Below, piece after piece: positions 29,245 to 38,308 of a stretch of 64,000 nt of DNA. Positions within the stretch are counted from its first letter, which is position 1. Each line of letters starts with the position of its first letter. The stretch lies in the NCBI GenBank assembly GCA_964429995.1, contig CAYSDY010000002.1, positions 110,361-174,360 on the forward strand. The letters are read 5' to 3'. Both the position numbers and the translations under genes were made by a program. The notes below the pieces were generated by a model that was given only the letters and a program-made list of their open reading frames with translations, did not search any database and was not told where the DNA came from. The stretch comes from an uncultured Methanosarcinales archaeon. GTDB taxonomy: Archaea; Nanobdellota; Nanobdellia; Woesearchaeales; UBA583.

Positions 29245-30693
29245 ATGATTGACTATAATAAAATAGAAACTATATTACAAACTTCAAAAGCTTTTGAGTT
29301 AATCAGAGTAAAGAATTTGCCTGAAATTCTTTCATTTTTATATAAAGAATTTAAGGAAGATAGTAATAGTACTTTAAAGTATGAAGAAGCCATAACTAAA
29401 CTTTCTAATTATTTAGATATATTGGAAAGTGAAAATGAAAATGATTTTTTAATTAGTAATTTTGAAAAAGCAAGAAAAGTATTAGACAAATGGTGTAAAA
29501 AAGAATTTTTGGTAAGGACTGAAGATTCTAAAGGTAATTGGAATATTTCTTTAACTCCTGAAACTAATAAAGTTATCTTGTGGATTGAAGATTTAGAAGA
29601 AAAAGATTTTATAGGTACTGAATCAAGGTTTCAACTTATATTTAATCAACTAAAAGATATAATTGAAAAAAGTACTTTAGATCCTGTTGAAAGAATAAAA
29701 CAATTAGAAGAAAGAAAAACTGAAATAGAAATAGAAATTCAAAATGTAAAAAATGGAATAATAAATCCTGTTGAGAATTATTTAATTCAAGAGATGTATG
29801 AAAATGTATTAAAAAATGCTAGAAGTTTAGTTTCTGATTTTTCAGAAGTTGAAAAAAATTTTAAAGAAATTATAAGTAAAATATATGAAGACCAAATTAG
29901 TCAAAAATATTCTAAAGGTTCAATTGTTATTAATACTTTTAATTCATTGGAAGCATTAAAAGAAAAAGATCAAGGAAAAAGTTTCTATGGATTTTGGCAA
30001 ATTTTATTTAATCAAAATGGTTCATCTCAATTAGATAAGTTAATTGGAGAAGTTCATTTAATTTTAGATGACAAGAAAATAAAAAATAAAGATTTCTTTT
30101 TAGAAGATCTTAGATTTCAATTACATGAAGCAGGGAAGAAAGTAATTGCTACAAATATTCTTTTAGCCGAAAGATTAAATAGGTTAGTAAACAACGAAAA
30201 TTTAAAAGAAAGTAAAAAAATATTTGAGACAATTAATGAGATTAAAAAATTAATGATTCAAAATGTTAATAATTCAAATAATATAAATAATTTAATGTGT
30301 ATAGAATTAAATCCTGAATTTAATTTTCCATTTGAAAGAAATCTTTTAGAATTAAGTTTTAAATCAAATATTAAAGAAATTATTTTACCTGAAATTAAAA
30401 TTAATCTGGAAGATATAAGTGAATTATTTTCATATGTTCCTGTAAATGAAACTGAGTTAAAAAATAGAATATTGGAACAAATAAAGGATAATAAAGAAAT
30501 TTCATTAGGGGAATTAACAAAGAATATCCCTATAGAGAAAGGAGTTGAAGAAATTTTAAAATATTATAGTTTAGCTTTAAATGATTTACAAAAGTTTTCA
30601 AATATTGATAATATTAATAAGGAGATAATTACTTTTGATTATAATAAACAAATAGGGTTAGAGGTACCTAAAATTATATTTACTAAAAATTAA
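29245..30693 (+). CDS. jetA: Wadjet JetA-like (MksF-like kleisin-type) protein
   Basis: 482 aa. It is the first of four overlapping genes whose sizes and order (482/196/1131/384 aa) match JetA/B/C/D. It has a coiled-coil middle and no catalytic motifs, as expected. Confidence 0.5.
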   Translation: MIDYNKIETILQTSKAFELIRVKNLPEILSFLYKEFKEDSNSTLKYEEAITKLSNYLDILESENENDFLISNFEKARKVLDKWCKKEFLVRTEDSKGNWNISLTPETNKVILWIEDLEEKDFIGTESRFQLIFNQLKDIIEKSTLDPVERIKQLEERKTEIEIEIQNVKNGIINPVENYLIQEMYENVLKNARSLVSDFSEVEKNFKEIISKIYEDQISQKYSKGSIVINTFNSLEALKEKDQGKSFYGFWQILFNQNGSSQLDKLIGEVHLILDDKKIKNKDFFLEDLRFQLHEAGKKVIATNILLAERLNRLVNNENLKESKKIFETINEIKKLMIQNVNNSNNINNLMCIELNPEFNFPFERNLLELSFKSNIKEIILPEIKINLEDISELFSYVPVNETELKNRILEQIKDNKEISLGELTKNIPIEKGVEEILKYYSLALNDLQKFSNIDNINKEIITFDYNKQIGLEVPKIIFTKN

Positions 30694-30694
30694 A

Positions 30695-31285
30695 ATGGAA
30701 AATAATGATACTAATTATGATGAAAAATCTATATATTCTGAAACTCTAATAAAATTACTTAAAGGTATTTTGTATAATGATGATGTTAATGCCTGGGATA
30801 ATTTAAGAATTTTTCAAAAAGATATAAGAAATTATTTTTTAAAAATAAATCTTGAATTAATTATTGATGAAGATAAAGGTTTTGCTTTTTTAAAACAAAT
30901 TGAAAATGATGAAAATAAAAATAATTTGCCAAAATTAATTAATAAAACTTCTTTAGGCTATGATTTAACTTGTTTTTTAGTAATATTGAGAGAATGGTTA
31001 GAAGATTTTAAGAAAAATTCAGCAAATTTATCAACTTTATATATTTCTGAAGAAGATATAAAGGAAAGAATCGAGTATTTTTTTAAACATAATACTGATG
31101 GTTTGCAATTAATTAAAAGAATTAAACATTTAATAAAAGAAACAATAAAATTAGGATTTATAAAAGAAATTAATAATTCAATAGAATTAAAATATGAAGT
31201 AAAAAGAAGTCTAGAAGCTAAAGTCAATGTTGATTTTCTAGAAAATTTTAAGGAGGAATTAGAGAAGAATGGAACTGAAAATTAA
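30695..31285 (+). CDS. jetB: Wadjet JetB-like (MksE-like) protein
   Basis: 196-aa acidic protein. N-terminal LIKLLKGILYNDDVNAWDNL...EDKGFAFLKQ resembles the conserved JetB/DUF4194 block. 1-nt gap to jetA and overlap with jetC. Confidence 0.5.
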   Translation: MENNDTNYDEKSIYSETLIKLLKGILYNDDVNAWDNLRIFQKDIRNYFLKINLELIIDEDKGFAFLKQIENDENKNNLPKLINKTSLGYDLTCFLVILREWLEDFKKNSANLSTLYISEEDIKERIEYFFKHNTDGLQLIKRIKHLIKETIKLGFIKEINNSIELKYEVKRSLEAKVNVDFLENFKEELEKNGTEN

Positions 31286-34200
31286 AGAATATGATGATTC
31301 CATTAGTGGTTTCAGATTAAATTTTATTGAAGTATATAATTGGGGTTTATTTCATGGAAATGTTCAAAGAATTAATCCTAATAGTAAAAGTTCAATTTTA
31401 TTGGGAGAAAATGGAGCAGGTAAGACAACATTAGTAGATGCAATTCAAACTATATTAGTTCCAAACAAATTAAGAGCATATAATCAATCTTCAGGAGCAG
31501 AGAATAAAAAAGATAGAAATGAGATTACATATATTCAAGGAAAATATGGAGAAATTAAAAATAATGAAACTGATAATAGTATAACTGAACAGTTTCTAAG
31601 AACTGAAAAAGGTGAGATATATTCTGTACTTCTGGCTTCTTTCTCAAATTTAGATAAAAAAGAAATATATACTTTAATTCAAATATTATGGTTTGGAAAA
31701 AATGGAATAAAAAAATTATATATTGTTTCAAATAAAGAATTAACTATTGATAATGATATTAGACCTTTTAATAATGATGCTAAATGGAGAAGAGATTTTC
31801 AAAAAGAATATGAGAAAAATCTAGTTTTATTTGAATTAGATAACTCTGGAAAATATTTTCATTTAATTCAAAAAATATTTGGATTAAGATCTGAAAAAGC
31901 TTTGAGTTTATTTTCAAAAACTATAGGAATAAAAGTTTTAGGTAGTCTAGATGAATTTATTAAGAATGAAATGATTGAAGATTATAACACAGAAGAAGAA
32001 TTTAGAGAATTGCATAAACATTATTTATCTTTATTATCTATTCATAAATCTATTCAAAAAGCGAAAAAACAAATTCTATTGTTAAAACCAATATTTGAAG
32101 AAAATAATGAACTTGAAAAAATAAATACTGAATTAAATAAAGTTCTTTTAATTGAAGAAAATATTGAACTATATTTTCAAAAGATTAAACTGGCAAAATT
32201 AATTGAAAATTCTGAATTAATAAATAAAGAAATTGTTAAAATTAAAATAGAGGTTAATAATATTATAGAAAGAATTAATAAATTTAAATTAAAAGAAAAA
32301 GAATTAGAAACAATGATTAATTCAGATGAACAAGGCAAATTAATAATTAATATTGATTCTCGAATTGAGAGTTTAAAAATAGAACAAAAAAAAGTACATT
32401 TTAAACATCAATCTTATATAGAACTTTGTGATCTTGTTGGAATAAATATTAATAATCTAAATGAAGAAAAATTTATTATTAATAATAATAAAATAAAACA
32501 AGAAATTGTTTTAGTAAATTCAGAATATGAGAAGAAAAAAGAAGAATGGGCTGATAAAAGAAATGAAGTTGAAAATTTAAGTACAAATATTAAAGATATT
32601 AGTGAAGAATTAAGTTCATTAGAAAACAGAAAAAACAAAATTGATTATAATTTGATAAAAGTTAGACATAAAATAATAACAGAATTAGGATTAAAAGAAT
32701 TAGAAATACCATTTGTTGGAGAATTAATTAAAGTAAAAGATTCGGAAAAAGATTGGGAGAAAGCAATTGAAATTGCATTAAGAAGTTTTGCTTTAAAACT
32801 AATAGTTCCTGAGAAACATTATTCAAAAGTAAATAAATATATAAAAACAACATTTTTAAACGAAAAAATTTCATATTACAAAGTTAATGATAATTTTATA
32901 ACTAATATTGAAGAACATGATAAAACTAAGTTTTTAATAAATAAAGTTGAAATCAAGGATGATACGCAATATTTTAATTGGATAAAATATAATATTTCTA
33001 GATACTATAATTACATTTGTACTGAAAATTTAGAAGAATTTGAGAAAGAGGATAAGGCAATAACTAAAGAAGGATTATTAAGAGATTATAATAAACATCA
33101 AAAAGATGACCGTAAAAATTTATTTGATAAAAGTAAATTTATATTGGGATGGAATAATGAAGATTTACTTAAAATTAAAAAAAACGAATTAGAATTTATA
33201 CGGAACCAACAAAAATTATTGAAAAGTGAAGAAATTGATTTTAAGAATCAATTATTAGCATTGGAAAATAAAAAAGAAACATTAAACGATTTAATTAAAT
33301 ATGATAATTATGAAATAGTTGATTTTAATTCAATTCTTATTGAGATTAGTAATTTAGAAAAAAATAAATTAAAAGTACAAAAGAATAATTCGAAAATAGA
33401 TGATTTTCAAAATCAATTAGAAAAAACTAAAGAAAAAATTGAAATAAATGATAAAAATAGAATAGATAAATTAAGTAAACAAAAGAACTTTGAAGATAAT
33501 TTAAATTTAATAAATGAAAAAATTGAATCAATTAAAATAATAGTTGAAAATTCTAAGTTAAATTTTGATATAGAAAAACTAATTGAAGAATTTTTAGAGA
33601 TTAATATTCTCAATTGGAATTTAAATAATTTTGAATCAAATCAAAGATTTGAAGAAAAGAAAATACAGCATTTAAAAGAAAAATTAAGAGAAGAAATAGA
33701 TAATAAATCTAAAAAAATTTTAGAATTAATGTCTGAATATAGAAATCCTAAAGATCAAAAAATACATGAGGATTTTCCAGAATGGATTGGTGAAAATAGT
33801 TTTCTTTCGATTAAAGTTGATTATTTATATGAATATATTGATAAATATAAAAAAATTGAATGTGAAGAATTGCCTGATGCAGAAGAACAATTTGAGAGAA
33901 TATTTGAAGAATCTATAATCTTTAAAATGGCTGATTTTCAAGAAGAATTGGAAAAAAGAAGAAAAAAAATAATAGAGAGTATTAGAGAATTAAATTTATC
34001 ATTAGAAAAAATAGATTTTACTTCATTTCCACAAACTTATATTAAAATAAATGAAGAGACAACCAACAATGAGTATATAAAAAAATTTAGAGAAGAACTT
34101 AGAGATTGGAAACCTAATGCAGGAGGTTTAAGTAGAGGTTACAATAAAGATGCATATGAAGAAAGCTTTAATAAAATTAAAATGTTAATAAATAAATTAT

Positions 34201-34664
34201 CAACTAATGATAATTATAGAAAATTTGTTATGAATGTTAAAAATTGGTTTACATTTTCAGTAAATGAATATTGTAGAGATGATAATTATTTAAGAAGGGT
34301 ATATCAAAGTACTAGTGAACTTTCAGGAGGAGAGAAAGCTCAATTAACATATGCAATATTAGGAGCTTCATTATCATATCAATTTAACATTGAGAAAGGT
34401 ATTAAATCTCAAAATTCATTTCGTTTTGTAATAGTAGATGAAGCATTTAGTAAACTTGATAATATTAAATCTAAATATTTGATGGAATTAATTAAAAAAT
34501 TACATTTACAAGTTTTAATAGTTACTCCTAATGAAAAGATGCATGTCGCTCAAGATTATGTTCAAAATGTTCATTATATAAATAAAAATGATAATATTTC
34601 CACTATAATGAATATGCCATATATTGAATTTGATAAATTAATAAATAAAAATGAAAATCTCTGA
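31269..34664 (+). CDS. jetC: Wadjet JetC-like SMC-family ATPase (MksB-like)
   Basis: N-terminal LLGENGAGKTTL (Walker A). About 800 aa of K/E-rich coiled coil. C-terminal LSGGEKAQLTYAILGA (ABC signature) and FRFVIVDEAFSKLD (Walker B). Confidence 0.75.
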   Translation: MELKIKEYDDSISGFRLNFIEVYNWGLFHGNVQRINPNSKSSILLGENGAGKTTLVDAIQTILVPNKLRAYNQSSGAENKKDRNEITYIQGKYGEIKNNETDNSITEQFLRTEKGEIYSVLLASFSNLDKKEIYTLIQILWFGKNGIKKLYIVSNKELTIDNDIRPFNNDAKWRRDFQKEYEKNLVLFELDNSGKYFHLIQKIFGLRSEKALSLFSKTIGIKVLGSLDEFIKNEMIEDYNTEEEFRELHKHYLSLLSIHKSIQKAKKQILLLKPIFEENNELEKINTELNKVLLIEENIELYFQKIKLAKLIENSELINKEIVKIKIEVNNIIERINKFKLKEKELETMINSDEQGKLIINIDSRIESLKIEQKKVHFKHQSYIELCDLVGININNLNEEKFIINNNKIKQEIVLVNSEYEKKKEEWADKRNEVENLSTNIKDISEELSSLENRKNKIDYNLIKVRHKIITELGLKELEIPFVGELIKVKDSEKDWEKAIEIALRSFALKLIVPEKHYSKVNKYIKTTFLNEKISYYKVNDNFITNIEEHDKTKFLINKVEIKDDTQYFNWIKYNISRYYNYICTENLEEFEKEDKAITKEGLLRDYNKHQKDDRKNLFDKSKFILGWNNEDLLKIKKNELEFIRNQQKLLKSEEIDFKNQLLALENKKETLNDLIKYDNYEIVDFNSILIEISNLEKNKLKVQKNNSKIDDFQNQLEKTKEKIEINDKNRIDKLSKQKNFEDNLNLINEKIESIKIIVENSKLNFDIEKLIEEFLEINILNWNLNNFESNQRFEEKKIQHLKEKLREEIDNKSKKILELMSEYRNPKDQKIHEDFPEWIGENSFLSIKVDYLYEYIDKYKKIECEELPDAEEQFERIFEESIIFKMADFQEELEKRRKKIIESIRELNLSLEKIDFTSFPQTYIKINEETTNNEYIKKFREELRDWKPNAGGLSRGYNKDAYEESFNKIKMLINKLSTNDNYRKFVMNVKNWFTFSVNEYCRDDNYLRRVYQSTSELSGGEKAQLTYAILGASLSYQFNIEKGIKSQNSFRFVIVDEAFSKLDNIKSKYLMELIKKLHLQVLIVTPNEKMHVAQDYVQNVHYINKNDNISTIMNMPYIEFDKLINKNENL

Positions 34665-35805
34665 GAAAATAATTAATACTAGTAAGAATAAATATTTGGA
34701 CTTTTTAAAAAGTATTATATTAAAAGATGAGAATTTTTTCCCATTAAGATTAAGAATAAAATTGCCACATCCAAAAAATAATTATTTAGAATTTTATGAG
34801 ACAATGAAGGAAATAAATTCCAAATCAAAAGAATCAATAAAATATGGTTATTTAATTTCTTTTAATCCTGGAATAAAAACTAGAGATGCAGGGACTCAAG
34901 ATATTCCTAATTCAGTTTTTTTTGAATCTGAAAAAGATTATTTATCATTTTTAAATAAAGAACAGGAAGTTAATCAATTTAAAAAAGATTTTAAGTTAAT
35001 TTTAACAAAGTATCCTGAATTGAAATCATGGATTGAAAGATTTCCAATTAAAATAATTAATTCAGCAGGATTATGGCATGATATATTGAAGGTCTGTGAT
35101 TATTTTTATTTGAACCCTAAACCTAATTTATATATTAGGGAATTGCCAATACAAGTTCATACTAAATTTATTGAAAATAATGAAGCAATAATTAGAGAAT
35201 TGTTAGACATATTAATTAGTAATGAAATTAACTCTTTAGAATTTGATTTTAAAAAAAGATTTAACTTAAAGTATGATCAATTTTTAATCAGAGTTAAAGT
35301 TTTGGATAAGAACATACTTTTGAAAAATAATTTGAATAACTCTTTTTTAGATTTTAGTTTACCACTAGATTTATTTGAGAAATTAAATTTAAATGTTGAT
35401 AAAGTATTTATTGTTGAAAATAAGATGAATTTTTTAACTTTCCCAAATATTGAAAATTCAATAATCATATCAGGTTCAGGGAATGGAGTCAATATTTTAA
35501 AGAATTCTTCTTGGCTTAATGAAAAACAAATTTATTATTGGGGTGATATAGATTCTCATGGTTTTGCAATTCTTTCAAGTTTTAAAAAATATTTCTCAAA
35601 TATAAAATCATTATTTATGGATTTTAAAACATATGATACATTTAAAGAGTTTGAAGTAAAAGGAGAAAAAACAGTTCAAGAAACTTTTTCTAATTTAACT
35701 GATGAAGAATTAAAAGTATTTAATTATGTTCATAGTAATAATTTAAGATTAGAGCAAGAAAGAATTTCTCAAGAATATATTATTAATAATTTGAAAAATG
35801 AATAA
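34651..35805 (+). CDS. jetD: Wadjet JetD-like protein with C-terminal Toprim domain (MksG-like)
   Basis: 384 aa. VFIVENKMNF (Toprim Glu) and YYWGDIDSHGFAI (DxD) lie in the C-terminal half. Overlaps jetC by 14 nt. Confidence 0.6.
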   Translation: MKISEKIINTSKNKYLDFLKSIILKDENFFPLRLRIKLPHPKNNYLEFYETMKEINSKSKESIKYGYLISFNPGIKTRDAGTQDIPNSVFFESEKDYLSFLNKEQEVNQFKKDFKLILTKYPELKSWIERFPIKIINSAGLWHDILKVCDYFYLNPKPNLYIRELPIQVHTKFIENNEAIIRELLDILISNEINSLEFDFKKRFNLKYDQFLIRVKVLDKNILLKNNLNNSFLDFSLPLDLFEKLNLNVDKVFIVENKMNFLTFPNIENSIIISGSGNGVNILKNSSWLNEKQIYYWGDIDSHGFAILSSFKKYFSNIKSLFMDFKTYDTFKEFEVKGEKTVQETFSNLTDEELKVFNYVHSNNLRLEQERISQEYIINNLKNE

Positions 35806-36958
35806 ACAACAACTATACCTAAAAAAGATTGAAAATGATGTTAATGAGAAAATATATGATTTGTTAATTCAACATCTAAAAGATGTTCATAAAGTACTTC
35901 CTAGAACTGATGATAATAAAGATTATTTAAGAGAGTTAAATAAACATCTATTCAAAGCATTAGAAGATTTAAAACAAACAAATAGATTTAACTACTTACA
36001 AAACTATAGACACTCAATTCTTATTATAAATACTATTCTTAGCTATAAACCTGATGAGAAACATCTAAAAGAAGTTAAGCTTTCAATATTAAATAGATTT
36101 TCCTCAGATATTATTTACGATAAAAAAGAGAAGATTCCATTAAAGTCTCAAATGACTGAACTTAGAATTACTTATGATACTAGCTATTTAATCTATCTTT
36201 TAGAAAAAGTTTTCATACCAAAAGAGATGTGGGATAAGGCAATGTATTGTTTAATTGCAATAGAATTAGTAGAACCAGATCATAACGATATTGATAAATT
36301 TAAAGAAATAATCACAAAACATCTAAAAAAAGAAGAATTAAAATATAAAGAATTTGAAGAACCTAAAGACTATATTATTCTTTTAGATACAAATATTATT
36401 TTAAATAAAGTATTATATGATGTTGGAGAATATAAAATATCTCATAACAAATTAGAAGAGTATAACTCTTTGATGGAAAAATGGGGAAATAACAATAAGT
36501 TTGTAATAACTAACTCTATAAAAGAAGAGTTAGACAAACAAATTAAATTTTCAATTGATACAGTAAACGATGTTTGTTCTAAGTTTAAACATTTTAATAA
36601 AAATGAAATTATTACAACACTTGAAAAGAGGTTTAATAATTTAATAAAAAAATATGCAATTGCAATAGAAGATAAACAATATGATTTAACAAATATTGAA
36701 AAATTCTACTCAAATTACTTAGGAAACTTATATGAAATAACTTTAGATAAAATCGAAAACAAGAAGTTATCTAAAAAATTAAAAAAACTCTCAGATAGGG
36801 AAGGTTTGCTTCCAGAAATAGGAGATCTGAAACTTTTAGCAGATGCAATTGAACTTAAGAAATCTAATTCAAAGGTAGCAATACTTTCAAATGATAAAGA
36901 CTTGTATTTATTTAATGAACAATTAGAAAAAGAATTTGGAATAAGAATTTACAAATAG
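35798..36958 (+). CDS. PIN-domain nuclease with long N-terminal helical extension, translationally coupled to jetD
   Basis: C-terminal domain has YIILLDTNIIL, KEELD, LLADAIE and LSNDKDL, the four acidic positions of PIN domains. Its ATG overlaps the jetD stop by 8 nt. Confidence 0.55.
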   Translation: MNKQQLYLKKIENDVNEKIYDLLIQHLKDVHKVLPRTDDNKDYLRELNKHLFKALEDLKQTNRFNYLQNYRHSILIINTILSYKPDEKHLKEVKLSILNRFSSDIIYDKKEKIPLKSQMTELRITYDTSYLIYLLEKVFIPKEMWDKAMYCLIAIELVEPDHNDIDKFKEIITKHLKKEELKYKEFEEPKDYIILLDTNIILNKVLYDVGEYKISHNKLEEYNSLMEKWGNNNKFVITNSIKEELDKQIKFSIDTVNDVCSKFKHFNKNEIITTLEKRFNNLIKKYAIAIEDKQYDLTNIEKFYSNYLGNLYEITLDKIENKKLSKKLKKLSDREGLLPEIGDLKLLADAIELKKSNSKVAILSNDKDLYLFNEQLEKEFGIRIYK

Positions 36959-36989
36959 GATTCAAAACTCTAACAAATAACAACCTAAA

Positions 36990-37030
36990 GCACTTTTACC
37001 AATAATTGTGCATTCTAAAAATTTCTTTTT
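36990..37030. repeat. Copy 2 of ~40-nt imperfect direct repeat (see 5662..5701)
   Basis: gcacttttaccaataattgtgcattctaaaaatttctttttt here versus gcaaatttaccaattattgtgcatttaagtaatttcttttg there. Confidence 0.5.
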
Positions 37031-37282
37031 TAGTAAGTCTGGATTTATTCCCTTAGCAGAAACTCTAAAACTTTCAAATTTATCATTTAAGAGAAATTTT
37101 CCTCTCTTCTCAGATTCAAATTCCACATATCTTGTCGTTTTCATAATATTTCTAAAAATTTGGTTATTTTTAACACTTTGCAAAGACCATCAACCTAAAT
37201 TTGAGCCACTTATAGCCAAGATAATGAGAGAAATATTTCAGAACAAGTCTTAGTCTTAAAATGTCAAAAAAGTCTTCAAATA

Positions 37283-38203
37283 TCAATGTTTAATCACCTC
37301 TAACACTTTTTCATATTCTTTTACTGCAATCTCTTTTTTGTTTAAATAATGAGTCATTCCAACATTTTTTGAAGTTGACCTTCCAGATATGAAGTTTGCT
37401 ATTTCAATTGCAACTCCTGCTTTAACCATTAAAGTAAATGAATACTTTCTTAGATATTTTAAATGAACTATTTTCTTATTATCTTGAGTATGATCTACAA
37501 ATCTATTGAAGTATGTTTTATCAAATTTGCCAATATGTTTTTTTAATTCATTATATAATTCTAATGTGAAGAATAAATAATAAGATGATTTCTGACCTCT
37601 TAAATAGAAATTATTGTAAGTAACTATGCCGTTTTCATGTATTTCTATGTTTTTTTCATCAAAATTTTCAAAGAAATGTTTAACTTCTGTTGTCCTAGCT
37701 GTTGTTTCAATATAGAATCTATATAATAAATAATGTAATCGATCATACTTAGAGACTTCTTTTACAGAGTTTTTAATTTCCAAACATGTTGGAATATAAG
37801 TATCAATATGAACTTCATTGTGAATTTTAATTCTTCTTCGGATATTTTCAATTATATCTAAGTCTAATATATCAAACTCTTCTAAGTAATTCAGCCATAC
37901 TCTAATTGCAACTCCTCCTTGTCTTTTGTTAATTTTTTCAAGAGCAATAGCATTTTTAATCTCTTCAATAGTATTAACACCAATCTCTTCAAACAATTTA
38001 GTTAGACAATTAAAAACAGATACTGCGTAAGTTCTTGTGAACTTTTTTAAAGTATATACTTTATATTCATTTTTTGTCTTAAAGTATATACTTTTTAATT
38101 TTATAAAATTTTGATTTTTTGGCGTAAAATTTTCTAGATTTCGAGAAATTTGCTGTTGATTAGAAATTTGAGAGGAGGCGTATTTGCCCCCTAGAGACGC
38201 CAA
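37283..38203 (-). CDS. int: Tyrosine recombinase / integrase (second paralog); reading frame is open through the adjacent tRNA-Ser gene, start undefined
   Basis: C-terminal RKYSFTLMVKAG...GRSTSKNVGMTHYLN (H..R...Y) and IETTARTTEV (R). The ORF track's longest frame (37283..38326) begins at a TTG inside the tRNA duplicate and reads through the tRNA. There is no ATG/GTG/TTG downstream of the tRNA until about residue 98. Relative to int 10821, the protein lacks about 60 N-terminal residues. Confidence 0.65.
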   Translation of the reverse strand: MASLGGKYASSQISNQQQISRNLENFTPKNQNFIKLKSIYFKTKNEYKVYTLKKFTRTYAVSVFNCLTKLFEEIGVNTIEEIKNAIALEKINKRQGGVAIRVWLNYLEEFDILDLDIIENIRRRIKIHNEVHIDTYIPTCLEIKNSVKEVSKYDRLHYLLYRFYIETTARTTEVKHFFENFDEKNIEIHENGIVTYNNFYLRGQKSSYYLFFTLELYNELKKHIGKFDKTYFNRFVDHTQDNKKIVHLKYLRKYSFTLMVKAGVAIEIANFISGRSTSKNVGMTHYLNKKEIAVKEYEKVLEVIKH

Positions 38204-38279
38204 GACAGGGATTTGAACCCTGAATTCCGAAGGAACTACATTAGCAGTGTAGCGCAATACCGAGTTATGCGATCTTGGC
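38198..38279 (-). tRNA. tRNA-Ser (anticodon GCU), no encoded CCA
   Basis: Minus-strand sequence gccaaga..ctaca-ctGCTaa-tgtag, long variable arm ttccttcggaatt, T-arm cagggttcaaatccctg, acceptor tcttggc plus discriminator g. The 7-bp acceptor and 5-bp anticodon stems pair perfectly. Confidence 0.8.
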
Positions 38280-38308
38280 ATTAGGTCTCTTTTTTTAGTC
38301 GCCGCCGG

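Noticed and set aside
36962-37253. Small ORFs 36962..37183(-) and 37008..37253(+) between the PIN gene and the integrase
   Set aside because: They are mutually overlapping. They span the ~40-nt repeat, which is conserved at DNA level in a non-coding context at 5662. No motifs. They are more likely non-coding.
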